Shown piece after piece: positions 8,541 through 18,240 of a stretch of DNA of 29,087 nucleotides (within the stretch, counting starts at the first letter, position 1; the number at the start of each line of letters is the position of its first letter). The notes below the pieces were generated by a model. It saw only the letters and a list, made by a program, of their open reading frames with translations, did no database searches and had not been told where the DNA came from. Source of the DNA: Verrucomicrobiales bacterium (lineage in GTDB: Bacteria > Verrucomicrobiota > Verrucomicrobiia > Verrucomicrobiales > V1-33). The stretch is from positions 1 to 29,087 of the forward strand of contig JANOAV010000154.1 in NCBI GenBank assembly GCA_031411295.1, in the 5' to 3' direction. Position numbers and translations under genes: made by a program.

Positions 8541-9692
8541 TCATGGACGCAGCAGCCACTCAGCATTGGCTGGCCGCAGGGCATCCAAGGTTTCTTGGCG
8601 CTGCGGTGGACGCAGCCCACGAAGCACACACCGCAGGTCCTCCAGCAATCTGGATTGTTCGGCATAATAAGAATGTCCCAACCCGAGGCGACTGGTATTG
8701 GTGGAACTCGCGTCCACGCTTTCCAAGCCCTTCACCCCGGTGATCTGCCCCGCCCGCTTCGAGAATCCATGCGCCAACCAGGAACCCCACAACGCCTTGT
8801 CCTTGCGTGAGGAATACAGCGTTGTGTTATATCCCGTGGCCTGCATGGCCGGGGCAATCTCCCGCACAAATACTCCCGCATCAATATCCGGAGCCGCCAG
8901 CATGATTTCCTTAATGCGTTGCCCGGCTCCCAAATGCTGGCGGACTCTTGGGATAACTGACGTGAATGCTCGATTCCCCATGCTATGAGCGATCACATAA
9001 ATGCTCTGAGCCCCACTCTGACCGATAACTTTCAGCAAAAACTCCTGTAAAAACGGTTCCGCTTCACGCACCGCCGACTCATCAGCCCAATAACCTAGCA
9101 AGCTCCCTCGCGATGGCCAACTGAAGCAAGCGGCCTCACCGTTGAATGCCAGATCATATTTCAATTGAGCTGCACGCTTTACTGCGTTCACGAAAGAGAC
9201 ATTGTATCCGTGCACAAAAATCAGCAATTTACGATCCGCATCTCCCTGCAAGGCCGTCTGCAGTTGCCTCAGAAATGCCGCTTCTGCCAGAATTTGTGGA
9301 GCCTCATGCAAATGCACGCTCGTTTTGATCTCCCCTACCACGTGATTGGCATCCACCGTCACCTCCTGCGTCCCCAACACCAGACGGTGAGCATTGCCGC
9401 TATCAAACAACACGTTTGGATCGCTAGAGGGCGTCCGATTCGTCCCGAAATGAACCTGCACCGTAGCTGCTGCAACCACCGCCTGGACTGGAAACTCGGC
9501 TCTCGGCCCACTAACCGAAGGCGCGCCGCTGGGCACTCCGGGAGCGGCCTTGGGCTCTGTGGGACCAACCCGTGGGCGCGCCCCCGCACACCCCGTCCAG
9601 AACAGGCAGAGCAAAAGCGCCCACCAGCCGCGAACGCCCGGGCCGTCACGAGCTTGTAATTTGGGTATCAGGAGGCGCAAGGTTTTCATCAT
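8541..9692 (-). CDS. DUF900-family alpha/beta hydrolase (esterase/lipase superfamily), possible lipoprotein
   Basis: IFVHGYN, FSWPSRG, nucleophile AHSMG, LAAPDID and GHSYY. Lipobox-like FWTGC followed by a Pro-rich linker. Start uncertain (9692, 9689 or GTG 9746). Confidence 0.85.
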   Translation of the reverse strand: MMKTLRLLIPKLQARDGPGVRGWWALLLCLFWTGCAGARPRVGPTEPKAAPGVPSGAPSVSGPRAEFPVQAVVAAATVQVHFGTNRTPSSDPNVLFDSGNAHRLVLGTQEVTVDANHVVGEIKTSVHLHEAPQILAEAAFLRQLQTALQGDADRKLLIFVHGYNVSFVNAVKRAAQLKYDLAFNGEAACFSWPSRGSLLGYWADESAVREAEPFLQEFLLKVIGQSGAQSIYVIAHSMGNRAFTSVIPRVRQHLGAGQRIKEIMLAAPDIDAGVFVREIAPAMQATGYNTTLYSSRKDKALWGSWLAHGFSKRAGQITGVKGLESVDASSTNTSRLGLGHSYYAEQSRLLEDLRCVLRGLRPPQRQETLDALRPANAEWLLRP

Positions 9693-9742
9693 TGAACCGA
9701 ATCTAGTCTCACAACAGACCGAGCCTGTAAATTTAAATCTAC

Positions 9743-10927
9743 TCACAGTGGACGCGTGCCATCAAACATCTGATAGAAGCGTCTGCCTTGGGTGCCGATG
9801 GGCTCCGCGTCTCGCTCCGTGATGAGGAGCGTCTCTCCTTGGTCGATTACTTCAACGACCGAGGTCAATGAGCCGCGCCTGGTGGCAGCGGTGCCGGTGG
9901 GACTGTAGGCGACCGCAGTTCGCCAGTGGATCAGATCCTCACTTATGAAAAAACCCGTTTCACCAGGAGACCACTTGGTTACTTGGAACTGCATGGCACA
10001 GTAACGTTGCCCAGCGATCTCCAGTATTTTTGACTGTGCACCGAGCCGTTTAGGCGGCAGGGAAAAGAAGTTGAGGGTGCCGCCGACGCTTGGTGAGAGC
10101 TGCGTGCTACCCACGTTGTGATCCATGATCCGAATGCTGCGCAGATTGCCGGCGGAGGCGGCCACGATGGCTGTGCTATCAGCACTCAACTCCAACCCAA
10201 TCGCACTGACCGTAATCGTTCCCCGATCCAATCCTCCGGGAGCAAATCGACGCACCTGGCCGCCCGTAGCCACAAAAATGTCTCCCCCGAGCTCCACCGC
10301 CAAGCCAAAGGTGGTCCCCAATCCGAGCCCGGATGCCACCACATGCCCCACCGCAAGTGGCGCTCCGGTCAGCGCATTGTAAGCGAGCACATTGCCAGAA
10401 TATCGGCCCGCCACATAGAGCACCGCACCATCGGGAGACCACCCAAATCCACTCGGCCCATCTAACTGCCCACCTTGGATGAATGGCTGCGAATCCAGTG
10501 CTGCGCCCGTTTGTAAATCGAAGCGGAGCATGCGATCATTACCCTGGCTGGAAATATAGAGCTTCCCGTCCCGCCCAATGCGCAGCAGCACTGGTTGGTC
10601 CAATCCCCCAGATGCGGTGATGAAATCCCCCAGCGGCGTGCCCCCAACGCGGGCGTATCGTTTGATGGAATTCGTGCCGAAGCTCGCTACCAGCAAATCA
10701 GCCCCTCGGTGTAAAATTCCGTGTGGTTGATTCAACCCGCCCAAGCCCGCAGCCACGAAGACGCCCGTTTTTGCTCCGGTGTTCTCGTCATAGGCAAAGA
10801 CCTCGGATGTATTTAGCTTCGAAACATATATTTCCGCCCGCACGCAGGTAGTCGCGAGCAGCCAGACGACCGCAGGCATCAGGCAGACCAACAATCGCCA
10901 GGGAATGATAGGAAATCCGGGTGTCAT
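9743..10927 (-). CDS. Exported NHL/YVTN-like beta-propeller protein with C-terminal domain
   Basis: Signal peptide ending VRA; repeats GGLNQPHG, GGLDQPVL and GQLDGPSG; C-terminal SEDLIHW...RRFYQM. ATG 10927 chosen because the longer ORF starts inside REP repeats. Confidence 0.75.
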   Translation of the reverse strand: MTPGFPIIPWRLLVCLMPAVVWLLATTCVRAEIYVSKLNTSEVFAYDENTGAKTGVFVAAGLGGLNQPHGILHRGADLLVASFGTNSIKRYARVGGTPLGDFITASGGLDQPVLLRIGRDGKLYISSQGNDRMLRFDLQTGAALDSQPFIQGGQLDGPSGFGWSPDGAVLYVAGRYSGNVLAYNALTGAPLAVGHVVASGLGLGTTFGLAVELGGDIFVATGGQVRRFAPGGLDRGTITVSAIGLELSADSTAIVAASAGNLRSIRIMDHNVGSTQLSPSVGGTLNFFSLPPKRLGAQSKILEIAGQRYCAMQFQVTKWSPGETGFFISEDLIHWRTAVAYSPTGTAATRRGSLTSVVEVIDQGETLLITERDAEPIGTQGRRFYQMFDGTRPL

Positions 10928-10992
10928 TTTTCCCAGAATGTCCCAAAAAAAAGCACTGTCGATAACTTTTTTGTCCACCACCCCTCCGTCAT

Positions 10993-11601
10993 TTCCGCCT
11001 TTAGCCGCCGGCAGGCGGAACTCCCACCGCGAGTGTGGCGCAGTCGGCCCGACTTCGCATCCCCAGCCCACCGCAGTCCAGCGGACTGCGACCACACTCA
11101 TGCCACCCCCGAGTCAGGGCACAGTCCGCTAGACTGATACGGATGGCGGAGCGACTCCGCCACTCCAATGGGCGTCGCGTGACCTGGAGAAAATCACCAG
11201 CACCGACCACACCTGGCGCAGTGCAGTTGGTGTCCAGGCTTTAGCCGCTTCCGCCGCCGTGGCCTCCGGCCCGGCCCATCGCCTAAAGGCTATACACCAA
11301 CTTTATGCGGACATCCCCGGCTTCTGCAAATCCGCCACCACCGCCGAAATCGCGTCCCACCGCCACGTCCTCACGCCCGGCCGCTACGTAGTCGTCATTC
11401 ATTACTCGTAAATCTAACGCTGGGCGCGTGACTTGGGATGGAATCACGAGTAACGATTTACGAACTACGATTTACGAAGGTTTTGCGTGGCGCGATGGAC
11501 CGCCTGAAGAGCGGGACACCAACGGGGAATCTGGCGCAGTCGGCTAGACTGCGCATCCCTCAACGCCGGCCACCGCAGTCCAGCGGACTGCGACCACACT
11601 C
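10993..11601. repeat. Intergenic mosaic of REP-like palindromes of several families
   Basis: A 32-bp perfect direct repeat at 11068-11099 and 11570-11601. An inverted pair at 11226-11247/11280-11301 (18/22), with a related half at 11501-11523. Hairpins at 10993-11020 and 11144-11162. Confidence 0.75.
11304..11390 (+). pseudogene. hsdM: Fragment of a type I restriction-modification M subunit (C-terminal region)
   Basis: Translates as [29 protein letters not shown], matching the HsdM C-terminal consensus Y.D.PGFCKSA...EI.....VLTPGRYVG. No start codon or rest of gene. Confidence 0.75.
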
Positions 11602-11620
11602 GCACACTCGCAGCAGCGGC

Positions 11621-14600
11621 TCACTTCGTCCGCTCCATGCGGTAGAATCGCCTCTGAATGTTGGTGGGGGCCTGCGGCGTGTCCGGCGGACCATTGTCAG
11701 TCCACGTCATACTTCCACCAATCGCATTGGCGGATATCCTGCCAGTGGCCAAGGGGGTCCAGAGCATGAGGTCGTGGGAATATGAAATTTCGTATTCGCC
11801 ATGAGGCACCGAGTTCCACGTTAGGGTCACTGCAGTAAAAGGTTGATTGCTGGTCATGGTTAGTCCCAGTGGCGGGGCGGCCGCAATCCAATTGCTGACT
11901 GGATTCGTGCCCGCCAAAAACTCTGCCGCGTTCGTCTGGCCATCGTTATCGAAATCGTTCAGCCCGTCCGCAATCCCATCAGCCACCATGGAACCGTTGT
12001 TTCCGGTGTTGTCGCTGCCATCTGCGCGGAAGGGGTTTTGCACCCCGGGCACGGATGGCACCAGATCGCGGACTTCGTCATAATCCAGCAGATTATCCCG
12101 ATCCCGATCAATCCCCAAGCGACGTCCGGTATCGCGCGGCGTGACGGTGAACAGGACTGGTTCAGCAGCGGAGGCTCTGGCCAACAGGGCGGATAAGGTT
12201 TCGCTAACCCCAGCCTGATCACTCGTGAAATTATTGGCACTTTGATAGTGCCAGCCCCGCTGCGCGCCGCTGACATTGGCTTTGGCGAAAAGGTCGATTG
12301 CTCCGGCATTGGCCAAGGCGATGAATGTATTCAAGCGGGTTAGCTCAACTGCCGGAAGGCTGGCGGAAGTCAGCATGGCTTGTTTCCCCACCGCCGCATG
12401 AGCGTCCTGACTGGGAGTGCCCGGAGGCTCCAGGGCATCCGGCCCCACTCCGAAGCCAGATCCGCTGAAGCACAGCATCAGCGCGACTAGATCTGCCACC
12501 TCTTGATTATTATTGGGCGTAAATGCCAACTCGGAGAGAAATTGCGTCAGCGATGCGGCGGAACCGTCATGGAGGAAGCCGAAGCCCGACAAGCTGCGAG
12601 GTCGGCTCAGTTCACAGCCAACCTTCTCATAGAGATTGCGCAGTTGCGGCACCTTAATCGCCTTTTGGGAGGAGCCATCGGTCGAGACCAAGGCATGGTG
12701 GCGCTCCAGGTTAGGCCCAGCGGGAATACTCACGAAACTGGTCCCACTGAGTTTCGTATCCGTGCCCATGCCCGTGGGAACGGTGTGGCAGGTGACACAG
12801 GCGAAACTTCCCGCATCGATGCCGCGCGCCAACGGACGATACAGCGTGTCCAATCCACGTTGGGGATTTCCCGCCGGCATCGGTAAGCCTGCTGCTCCAA
12901 AGCGAGCGGAAGTGAAGTGCCCCGTGAGCGGCAAACTCGGAGGCAGGGTGTTATCCAAATTCCGATAGGGATTCGGCGGGATCGCAATGGTCGCCAGGAA
13001 GTCCTTGAATTGCTGCATCTCTGTGGCCGTTAGTTGCACATCATCGCCCAGCAAGCCCACAAAGGCGGCGTTGAATTCCTCCAGTCCATTGCGATCACCC
13101 CGCCAATGATGTGGTTCTTTGCCGATGATGTCCTGCATCGTCTGCGTGGTCATGGGCCCCTTCATCGGATGAAAGTTCGTGAACCCCGTGTTCAGCCCGG
13201 GAATATTCGCCCCCAGATTATGGAGCGTGGAGGTGACATTTTTCACCGTGCCCGAGGGATCGCCCAAATCCCACGCCAGCCGATCCATCCGGGCATCGGC
13301 ATGACAGGAGGCGCAGGAGGCTTGCCCCAGGCCGGAAGTGCGACGGGTATCATAAAGAAAGGGTCGCCCCGCCTTGATGGCAGTCGGGGTGGGATCAAAG
13401 AATGCTGGGCGCGAGAGTTCCGTTTCCGTTGTCAAACTCACAATCGAAAGACTGCCATCAAATCGGTTCAGCACGTAAAGTTTACCTCGTGCCTCGTCCA
13501 GCGCCAGCCCCACTGGGCCCTGCCCCACGTTAATTGGTTGGGCGCTCAAGCGAGCCCCGCTGGCATCGATCACAGCGACGTTATTGGAACCCATGCCAGC
13601 CACGTAACCCCGTGTGCCGTCGGCCTTCCAAACGATGGCGCGTGGGTCGCCAATCGATTTATCCCGCTCGGTCTGGGCCACGTTAGCCGTCGCATAGGTT
13701 AGGTGAGGATTCAGATCCACGATACTGGTGGTGGCGGGCGTGGCGGGGAGAAATGAACCCAGGCGGACGCGCACGAATTTTCCCTTCACATTGGGTTCGA
13801 AGCGGATCTCGTTCGTCGCCTCCGTGCCCACCAGGGTGACTTTACCCGTGGCTGGATTCACGCCCAAGGCCATGCACAGATTCATCAAGCGCGTCGCATA
13901 AGTCACGGCAAGACTAGCCGTATCAATAATCGCCACATCATTATCCACCACATCCCACCCGACCACGCGTCCTGAGAGCGCGGCATTGGCCCCGCTGACC
14001 ATGGAAGTCCAATTCCGATTGTTGTCATCCATCCACGCCCCGGCGGCATTCTTTTTAACGATCAAGCCCACGGCCGGGGCCGCACCTGCGGCGGCGTTCT
14101 TGGCGGGAACAAAATTCGCTCCACTATTCGGCGGTGGATTCACCCCGCCATACGGACCTGAGGCATGACTCACCACATTCGGTGGAAAACTGATGGTCGT
14201 GCCATTGCCGCCCCCGGCCAGACTGGTGCTGCCATTGCCACTCTCGAAGATGGCGGCGTAAACTTTGCTACCATCAGGACTCACCGCCAGCGAGCGCGGA
14301 TCTTCCCCTTCCAGCACGACCTCACTGGTCACCCCGGCGGCTAAATTTCCCGGATCGAACAACTGCAACTTGTTCACCTGCGAACAGGCCACCCAAGCCC
14401 GCTGGGGCGTGCCCGCAAAGACCACATCCACTGGCTCATCCGCCGTCTGCAACGTCTGCGTGACGGTGCAATGCATGGCATCCACCACACTCACACTATC
14501 CGAAGTATGATTCGCCACCCAGAGTTCCGTGGCCGTGCGCCAACGAACACTCACCGGATCCAGGCCCACCGAGATCGCAGCGGAAGCAACGGGTGCTCCG

Positions 14601-14791
14601 GTGGCCATCGAGTAGAGCAAAACTCGATTATCCGCCGTGTGGCACACTGCCAGCACCTTGCCATCTGGACTCAGGTCCAATGGATGCACCGTGGGCACTT
14701 CAAAATTCACGAAATCCCCTGCCACGAGTGAATTTAACAGCACCGGCAACAGGAACACCGCTAGCCAAATCTGTCGCAGCACGTTTCTCAT
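11621..14791 (-). CDS. Exported YVTN beta-propeller fused to a di-heme cytochrome c peroxidase/MauG-like domain, with DxDxDG repeats and C-terminal domain
   Basis: Signal peptide; propeller repeats (LSPDGKVL, VSPDGSKVY, VGQGPVGLALD); two CxxCH motifs (CASCH 13315-13301, CVTCH 12799-12785); KVPQLRNL and FLHDGS; DRDRDNLLD and DFDNDG; ends RRFYRMERTK. Confidence 0.8.
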   Translation of the reverse strand: MRNVLRQIWLAVFLLPVLLNSLVAGDFVNFEVPTVHPLDLSPDGKVLAVCHTADNRVLLYSMATGAPVASAAISVGLDPVSVRWRTATELWVANHTSDSVSVVDAMHCTVTQTLQTADEPVDVVFAGTPQRAWVACSQVNKLQLFDPGNLAAGVTSEVVLEGEDPRSLAVSPDGSKVYAAIFESGNGSTSLAGGGNGTTISFPPNVVSHASGPYGGVNPPPNSGANFVPAKNAAAGAAPAVGLIVKKNAAGAWMDDNNRNWTSMVSGANAALSGRVVGWDVVDNDVAIIDTASLAVTYATRLMNLCMALGVNPATGKVTLVGTEATNEIRFEPNVKGKFVRVRLGSFLPATPATTSIVDLNPHLTYATANVAQTERDKSIGDPRAIVWKADGTRGYVAGMGSNNVAVIDASGARLSAQPINVGQGPVGLALDEARGKLYVLNRFDGSLSIVSLTTETELSRPAFFDPTPTAIKAGRPFLYDTRRTSGLGQASCASCHADARMDRLAWDLGDPSGTVKNVTSTLHNLGANIPGLNTGFTNFHPMKGPMTTQTMQDIIGKEPHHWRGDRNGLEEFNAAFVGLLGDDVQLTATEMQQFKDFLATIAIPPNPYRNLDNTLPPSLPLTGHFTSARFGAAGLPMPAGNPQRGLDTLYRPLARGIDAGSFACVTCHTVPTGMGTDTKLSGTSFVSIPAGPNLERHHALVSTDGSSQKAIKVPQLRNLYEKVGCELSRPRSLSGFGFLHDGSAASLTQFLSELAFTPNNNQEVADLVALMLCFSGSGFGVGPDALEPPGTPSQDAHAAVGKQAMLTSASLPAVELTRLNTFIALANAGAIDLFAKANVSGAQRGWHYQSANNFTSDQAGVSETLSALLARASAAEPVLFTVTPRDTGRRLGIDRDRDNLLDYDEVRDLVPSVPGVQNPFRADGSDNTGNNGSMVADGIADGLNDFDNDGQTNAAEFLAGTNPVSNWIAAAPPLGLTMTSNQPFTAVTLTWNSVPHGEYEISYSHDLMLWTPLATGRISANAIGGSMTWTDNGPPDTPQAPTNIQRRFYRMERTK

Positions 14792-14886
14792 GACCGCGAG
14801 TTTAAGCTCCGATTGAAATAAGGTCAACGCTGGACGCCCAAGACTTTTCGGCTAGGGCGAGGGGCCTGATACCCCTCCGCCTCGAA

Positions 14887-17028
14887 TTAAAACCGCACGG
14901 ACATTCCGACCTTGGCCACGGCTTCAGTAGTGGTGCGTTCGAGTCTTTGGTCGATCAGTCCGAAGCCCTGGTTGAAGACTACGAAGAAATCGTTTCCCGG
15001 CTTGTAAGTCCAGCGCAGGCGGGCGTTGAGGCCTACGTCATCGCTGAGCGAATCATATTGCACGACGGTGCTCAGCGATAATTCTGGAGACAGCGCCACG
15101 GTCATTTTGGCGCTGGCCACATGGACCTCGAACGCCCCTTCGGGCAGGGAAATTTGGCGCAGCTCATACTCCAGTTCCCCACTGAAGTGATGCGATGGTC
15201 GCCAGAGGCCGCCAACCATCCATTGACGGATAGAGCCATCATAGAACTCCCCCACCTTGGCGCTGGCCTTGCAACTCAAGGCTCTTGATTGCCCGGTGAG
15301 GAGCATGGCCTTGAACTGGCCGTAGTCGTAGTCTCCGGCTGGCACGGTAACGCCGGGAATCATCTCGAAGGGAGCTTCCACCACATCTTCGTAACGGGTG
15401 TAGCCCAGCGTTAGCTTGTCCAGCGACGGAGTCGTTAGGGTCACCATAGGAATGTCGTGATCCTGGAAAACGACATTACCTGACAAATCGGTCTGGAAAT
15501 TGGCCTGCACCTTCAGCTCCACGCTGCGCAGCCAATCGGTGTTGGGTCGCCATTTGTATTCGACTTCATTGAGGAACTCCCTAATGCCTGCACGCTTGAG
15601 GAATCCCAAGGCGGGCAAATAATGCTCTCCCCACTGACGGAAGGAACTGGTGAATTCCAGCGGCTCATTGGGGTAGCGCACATCGGCACCCCACGCCCAA
15701 TCCGTGCCGCCGGCACGGTCCGTATCCGAGCGCAGCACGAAGGCATTGGCGAGAATTTTGCCGCCGGGCACATGCCCATTGTGATAGTTGAAATCAACTC
15801 CCATGGTGGTCGCATCACCATTGGATAGGGGATCTCCTTGGGTGAAAATGGCCCCCACACTGGACTCCCCAAAGACCCGCTGGGAGATCCTTCCCACGGA
15901 GAGCATCTTGTCCTCCACCTCATCGTGCGCTTCCTGCCAAACATTTAACAAAGCCACATTCGTATCCCCAATACGTCCCGTGAGCCGGCCTCCGCCAATG
16001 ATATCCACTGGCTGCCCGGCCCCTCCCAGGCCAATCCGACGGCTGAAGAAGGGCGTATTTTCAAAATTCAACCCCCCAAAATTAAACAACGGACCGTCCT
16101 GTAGAAAGAAGTCGCGTTTCTCGGCAAAGAACAACGGGAAGCGGGAAAGATTCACTTTTCGTTCGTCCACATCGGTCTCCGCGAAATCAGTATGATAGGT
16201 GGCCAACAAGGTTAATGACGGCGTGATCCGCCAGGTAAGATCAGAACCGAATTTAAAGTCCCCCTCACCCGCCCCGGCTTTTTCGGCACGCCAGCCACCG
16301 CGCACGAAAGGCTTGAAATCGAGCCCCAGTCCTTGCTTGGCACCATCCAGGCCCTTGAGTTCGCCCATCTGTTCCAGACTGAAGATAGACCGTCCTGGAT
16401 TAATCCCCCGCCAGCGCACGGTCTCTTGGCGATGCCGGATAACGCGCTCGAGATTGATGCGCCAAGTGTCTCGCGTGGCATCAAAAGAGAGGCTCTTGAA
16501 GGGCAAGGCAATCTCCACCGTCCATCCTTGCTCATCGATCCTCACCTTGGCATGCCAAATCAGATCGTAACTGGCATTGGGAAACGAAAACTTCCCAAAC
16601 ACTCCATCCGCCCGCGCCCCGGCGGCATTTACTTTGAGGAAATACCCATCCCGCTCCAGACCAAAAGTGTCCAGCGCAATCCCGATCACATCGTCTGATG
16701 AGAACTCCCCATCATTGCGCAGATCTTTTGCCAGAATGGCTTCCGGCGTGCATTCATAACATCGCACGCTGATGAACAGCGATTCCCCGTCCTGACAAAA
16801 CCGCACCTCGGTGCGTTCCGAAGCCTTGTCGCCTGGGCGTGGCAGCACCTGGGTGAAATCCGCCAGCACCTCCGCCTGCTGCCAACAGGCATCGTCCAAG
16901 CGGCCATCTATTTTAGGGCCGACCTCGACCCTCAGCACCCGCACTGCGTCCGCTCCAGCGAGCGGCAAGTGAAGCAAGAGAAAGAAGATGGGGAGGAGTA
17001 AACGAAACATCAGAATTAGCGAGCGCAT
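14887..17028 (-). CDS. Carbohydrate-binding family 9 (sugar-binding) + DUF5916 outer-membrane protein
   Basis: PKIDGRLDDACW, GWTVEIALPF, TDFAETDVD...NLSRFPLFFAEKRDFFL and FFSRRIGL. C-terminal Phe typical of beta-barrels. Confidence 0.85.
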   Translation of the reverse strand: MRSLILMFRLLLPIFFLLLHLPLAGADAVRVLRVEVGPKIDGRLDDACWQQAEVLADFTQVLPRPGDKASERTEVRFCQDGESLFISVRCYECTPEAILAKDLRNDGEFSSDDVIGIALDTFGLERDGYFLKVNAAGARADGVFGKFSFPNASYDLIWHAKVRIDEQGWTVEIALPFKSLSFDATRDTWRINLERVIRHRQETVRWRGINPGRSIFSLEQMGELKGLDGAKQGLGLDFKPFVRGGWRAEKAGAGEGDFKFGSDLTWRITPSLTLLATYHTDFAETDVDERKVNLSRFPLFFAEKRDFFLQDGPLFNFGGLNFENTPFFSRRIGLGGAGQPVDIIGGGRLTGRIGDTNVALLNVWQEAHDEVEDKMLSVGRISQRVFGESSVGAIFTQGDPLSNGDATTMGVDFNYHNGHVPGGKILANAFVLRSDTDRAGGTDWAWGADVRYPNEPLEFTSSFRQWGEHYLPALGFLKRAGIREFLNEVEYKWRPNTDWLRSVELKVQANFQTDLSGNVVFQDHDIPMVTLTTPSLDKLTLGYTRYEDVVEAPFEMIPGVTVPAGDYDYGQFKAMLLTGQSRALSCKASAKVGEFYDGSIRQWMVGGLWRPSHHFSGELEYELRQISLPEGAFEVHVASAKMTVALSPELSLSTVVQYDSLSDDVGLNARLRWTYKPGNDFFVVFNQGFGLIDQRLERTTTEAVAKVGMSVRF

Positions 17029-17357
17029 CCGTGGCGCACCACCCTAATCCGAGCCAACACTTTCGCGCCCAAAAACGCGGACCGCCGCCGCGTAAGCAGG
17101 GGCGCCCCAAAGTTTTACCACTTATTCTGCAACTGGATGGGAGGGTTTGCGATGAGGATGATGAACTCGTCCCCTGCCATTGGGGACGGACCCACCGGAT
17201 GGCGCTGGTCTTGATGATGCCGTTGCATGGTTTCTGTGGACCGTGAATTTCTAACCGATATTTCCGTTGACTTAACCGTTCTCTGGCTGCGAGAACACGC
17301 GATGTCCGTTTCCCTCCGTCATGTGCTGGGGCGTTATCGCTCCTTCATTGCCATTTA

Positions 17358-18240
17358 CACAGGCATCCCATACGCGGTGAGAAAATGGGTAAACTGGACT
17401 GACTGCTAACAATAACTCCGTGCAAAGTTGTGGAGTATGAAAAAACAAAAAAACAAAAAGTCATCCTCGCAGCCAGTCCGTCATAACCATGTCATCCTTG
17501 GCCAACTCACCAAGTTAATTCCACCCTCCATCATCCGATCCGCCTCCAGCGAGTTCGGATTGGATGCCCAGGACCGCACCTGCACCGTGCTCAGCCACTT
17601 GGCCGCCATGCGCTTTGTCAAACTCGCTCATGCCCTCAGCCTGAATGATGTTTGTGATTGGCTGCGCCTCAAGGGCAAGGCGATCGCGGCCTTTGGCATT
17701 ACGCCGCCGGCTCGCAATACCTTGTCCAATGCCAATAAAAAGCGGAGGGCAAAATTTGTCGAACAGGTCTTTTGGAAGACGCTGGAGCACCTCTGCCGGG
17801 CGGCTCCAGGCTTTAGGGGTAAACATCCGGATAAACGCCGTCGCAACCTTGGGCACCGCTTCAAGAAAGCCATGCACGCGATTGACTCCACCACCATGGA
17901 GTTGGTCGCTAAGGGCCGCAGGATCCTGAAGGATCAGATCATCAAGCTGACAGGGGCTAATTTTCAAGACCTCTCAGGATGGACCCTTCGTGGCGTCGAA
18001 GCGTGGGTTGAAGTGGACGGCAAGGACAAACTCATGGTCTTCATCACCAACGGCACCGAAGGGAGCGCCCGCAGCTTGTGCGACCTCCGACGCGCCCCGA
18101 TCCTTATTAAACAGGGGTTCCAGAAAGGGCTCTTTGCGAAATTAAACTCGCCTCAGAGCAAAATCCGCAGTTTTGAGCGTTGGAACCGTTGATATTGCAA
18201 GCTAGCAGGTTTTGAAAATATGCCCTATGGGATGCCAGTG
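17358..18240 (+). mobile_element. Internally deleted IS4-family element (883 bp) with terminal inverted repeats
   Basis: Left CACAGGCATCCCATA (17358-17372) and right TATGGGATGCCAGTG (18226-18240) are inverted repeats with 14/15 identity, enclosing a transposase remnant. Confidence 0.8.
17437..18192 (+). pseudogene. IS4-family (DUF4372 + DDE) transposase remnant
   Basis: SLNDVCDWLRL, RNTLSNANKKR and the first catalytic Asp in AIDSTT are present. The sequence then jumps to DQIIKLTG...MVFITN. The second Asp region (DRGY-like) and the Y..RW.IE motif are not seen. Confidence 0.8.

Noticed and set aside
11031..11601. CRISPR array (32-bp palindromic direct repeat)
   Set aside because: Only two exact copies about 500 bp apart, each part of an inverted doublet. 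There are no regular spacers and no cas genes.
14856..14881. Terminator hairpin between the DUF5916 and di-heme genes
   Set aside because: A GC stem is present but there is no U-tract on the minus strand.
17115..17228. 37-aa minus-strand ORF containing AGDEFIILI (GGDEF-like)
   Set aside because: The surrounding residues show no diguanylate cyclase similarity, so this is probably chance.
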